NCBI GenBank assembly: GCA_965225945.1
Contig: CBDDBZ010000032.1
Location: 224,001-288,000 of the forward strand
Source: Alphaproteobacteria bacterium
GTDB taxonomy: Bacteria; Pseudomonadota; Alphaproteobacteria; GCA-2731375
Direction: 5' to 3'
DNA: 64,000 nt
Position 1 is the stretch's first letter, and each line of letters opens with the position of its first letter. Made by a program: the position numbers and the translations under genes. Below, one piece after another: positions 62,942 through 64,000 of the stretch. Below the pieces are notes generated by a model, which saw nothing but the letters and a program-made list of their open reading frames with translations, did not search any database and was not told the origin of the DNA.

Positions 62942-63081
62942 CGTTCCGTCCCCCGATGTTAAATACGTGACGTGAATTAAACTCCGGTTCGGTTTTCAGA
63001 ACAATCAAGAATTAGCCGGATCGCCTCCTCAATGCGCCTGCGCCGGCCCTTGCCTGCAGTCCAAGGAGACACACTACATAT

Positions 63082-64000
63082 CGTCCCTATCCGGTTAAGG
63101 CAGGCAGCGCTCCCTGCGATTGTATACCGTCGACCAGTTCCCTGTAGGTGATGGTCGGTCGGGTCATGGCGCGGTGCAACACGAAATCGGCAAGGTCGAA
63201 GATGCGTTTGCGCCGGTTGAAGCGGTAGTTCCATTCCCGGACGTAGCGCGGCAAATGCTTGGCGCTCACCCCGTGGTAGGTTCCGTTGAGCCACGTCTTC
63301 ACGTTGGAAAACAGGACATGGACGACCGGCATGAGCTGCTCGGCGTTCTTGCCTTGGCCTTGAACGACGGGCTGGTGGCGATAAGTATCGCCAAGCTTGG
63401 CGTAACTCTTGAAAGCGTCGCTGTCGAGGCGGCTTCCCGGCTTCACCGAGGCGCGCACGAAGTCGCCCAACTCACGGGCGGTGGCCTCGGGCAGGATGGC
63501 GAGCCGCGCGGCGCCGGCGGCGAAGCCGCTCCCCTTGATGCCCTTGCCCGACCCGACCGGCCACTTCTCGACCGCCATCACCAACAGGCTCTTGTTCGGG
63601 TTGGAAAGCCCGCGCCCCCGGCTCTCCGGCTTGCCCCGCCCGCCGTAATAGCTCTCGTCGACCTCGACCAAGCCCTCCAGCGGGAACTCCGGGCGCTCCG
63701 TCAGGGCATGGCGCAGCTTGTGGGCCATCAGCCAGGCGGTGTCGTAGCGCAGGCTCAACTCTCGCGACAGAAACAGCGCCGAGACCCCGCGCTTGTCGCG
63801 CCCCATCCACCACGCCGCCAGGAACCATTTGCGCAACGGTGTGCGGGTGCGGTGGAAGACCGTGCCCGCGGTCACCGATTCCTGATGGCCGCAACCGGCG
63901 CATTCGAAGACCCGCGGCCGCGTCTTCAATTGGTAGTTCCGCCTCTCGCCGCAACGCGCCCAGACGTAGCCTTGCGGCCAGCGCAGCCGAGCCAGCGCCT
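63082..64000 (-). mobile_element. IS1595-family element copy B (runs off window)
   Basis: TIR cgtccctatccggtta at 63082; near-identical to copy A, opposite orientation. Confidence 0.9.
63087..63998 (-). CDS. IS1595 transposase (5' end beyond window)
   Basis: Frame open to window edge; first zinc-ribbon Cys is Trp here (YVWARC vs YVCARC in copy A). Confidence 0.88.
   Translation of the reverse strand, partial: ALARLRWPQGYVWARCGERRNYQLKTRPRVFECAGCGHQESVTAGTVFHRTRTPLRKWFLAAWWMGRDKRGVSALFLSRELSLRYDTAWLMAHKLRHALTERPEFPLEGLVEVDESYYGGRGKPESRGRGLSNPNKSLLVMAVEKWPVGSGKGIKGSGFAAGAARLAILPEATARELGDFVRASVKPGSRLDSDAFKSYAKLGDTYRHQPVVQGQGKNAEQLMPVVHVLFSNVKTWLNGTYHGVSAKHLPRYVREWNYRFNRRKRIFDLADFVLHRAMTRPTITYRELVDGIQSQGALPALTG

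Noticed and set aside
55441-64000. Composite transposon bounded by inverted IS1595 copies A and B
   Set aside because: Copy A has its own complete TSD, which indicates an independent insertion; the far end of copy B is outside the window

Overview
High-GC alphaproteobacterial chromosome segment (Rhodospirillales-like gene order; inference). Two conserved housekeeping blocks are present: DUF2339-uup-glnD-mutS-maeB, and ptsP-lysC-ubiG-DUF1178-nitrilase-grxC-comF-methyltransferase ... PPIase-secA. Three accessory zones interrupt them. (1) 12.6-21 kb: an island bracketed by a 1386-bp direct repeat of the ptsP 3' half (one SNP seen). It carries two copies of a 59-bp palindromic AAAAGGGGTCATT...AATGACCCCTTTT element, an IS1595 (8-bp TSD) inserted in one copy, an IS4 (9-bp TSD), an integrase stub and an orphan SBP / secreted protein / Cache-HAMP-cyclase module. 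(2) 29.5-49.7 kb: catabolic, transport and ECF-sigma genes, with several genes collapsed by internal deletion. (3) 55.3-64 kb: an IS pile-up (2x IS1595, IS256, IS21) with truncated GST and cyclase genes and further GGGGTCA/TGACCCC-type or CACACTACATAT palindromic ends. The most notable pattern is that headless gene fragments repeatedly begin right at the ends of these small palindromes, sometimes with a short tandem duplication of the end. This suggests a REP-like DNA capture or rearrangement system whose enzyme is not in this window (inference). No rRNA, tRNA or CRISPR array was recognised. Protein calls come from motif recognition by eye; no database search was run.
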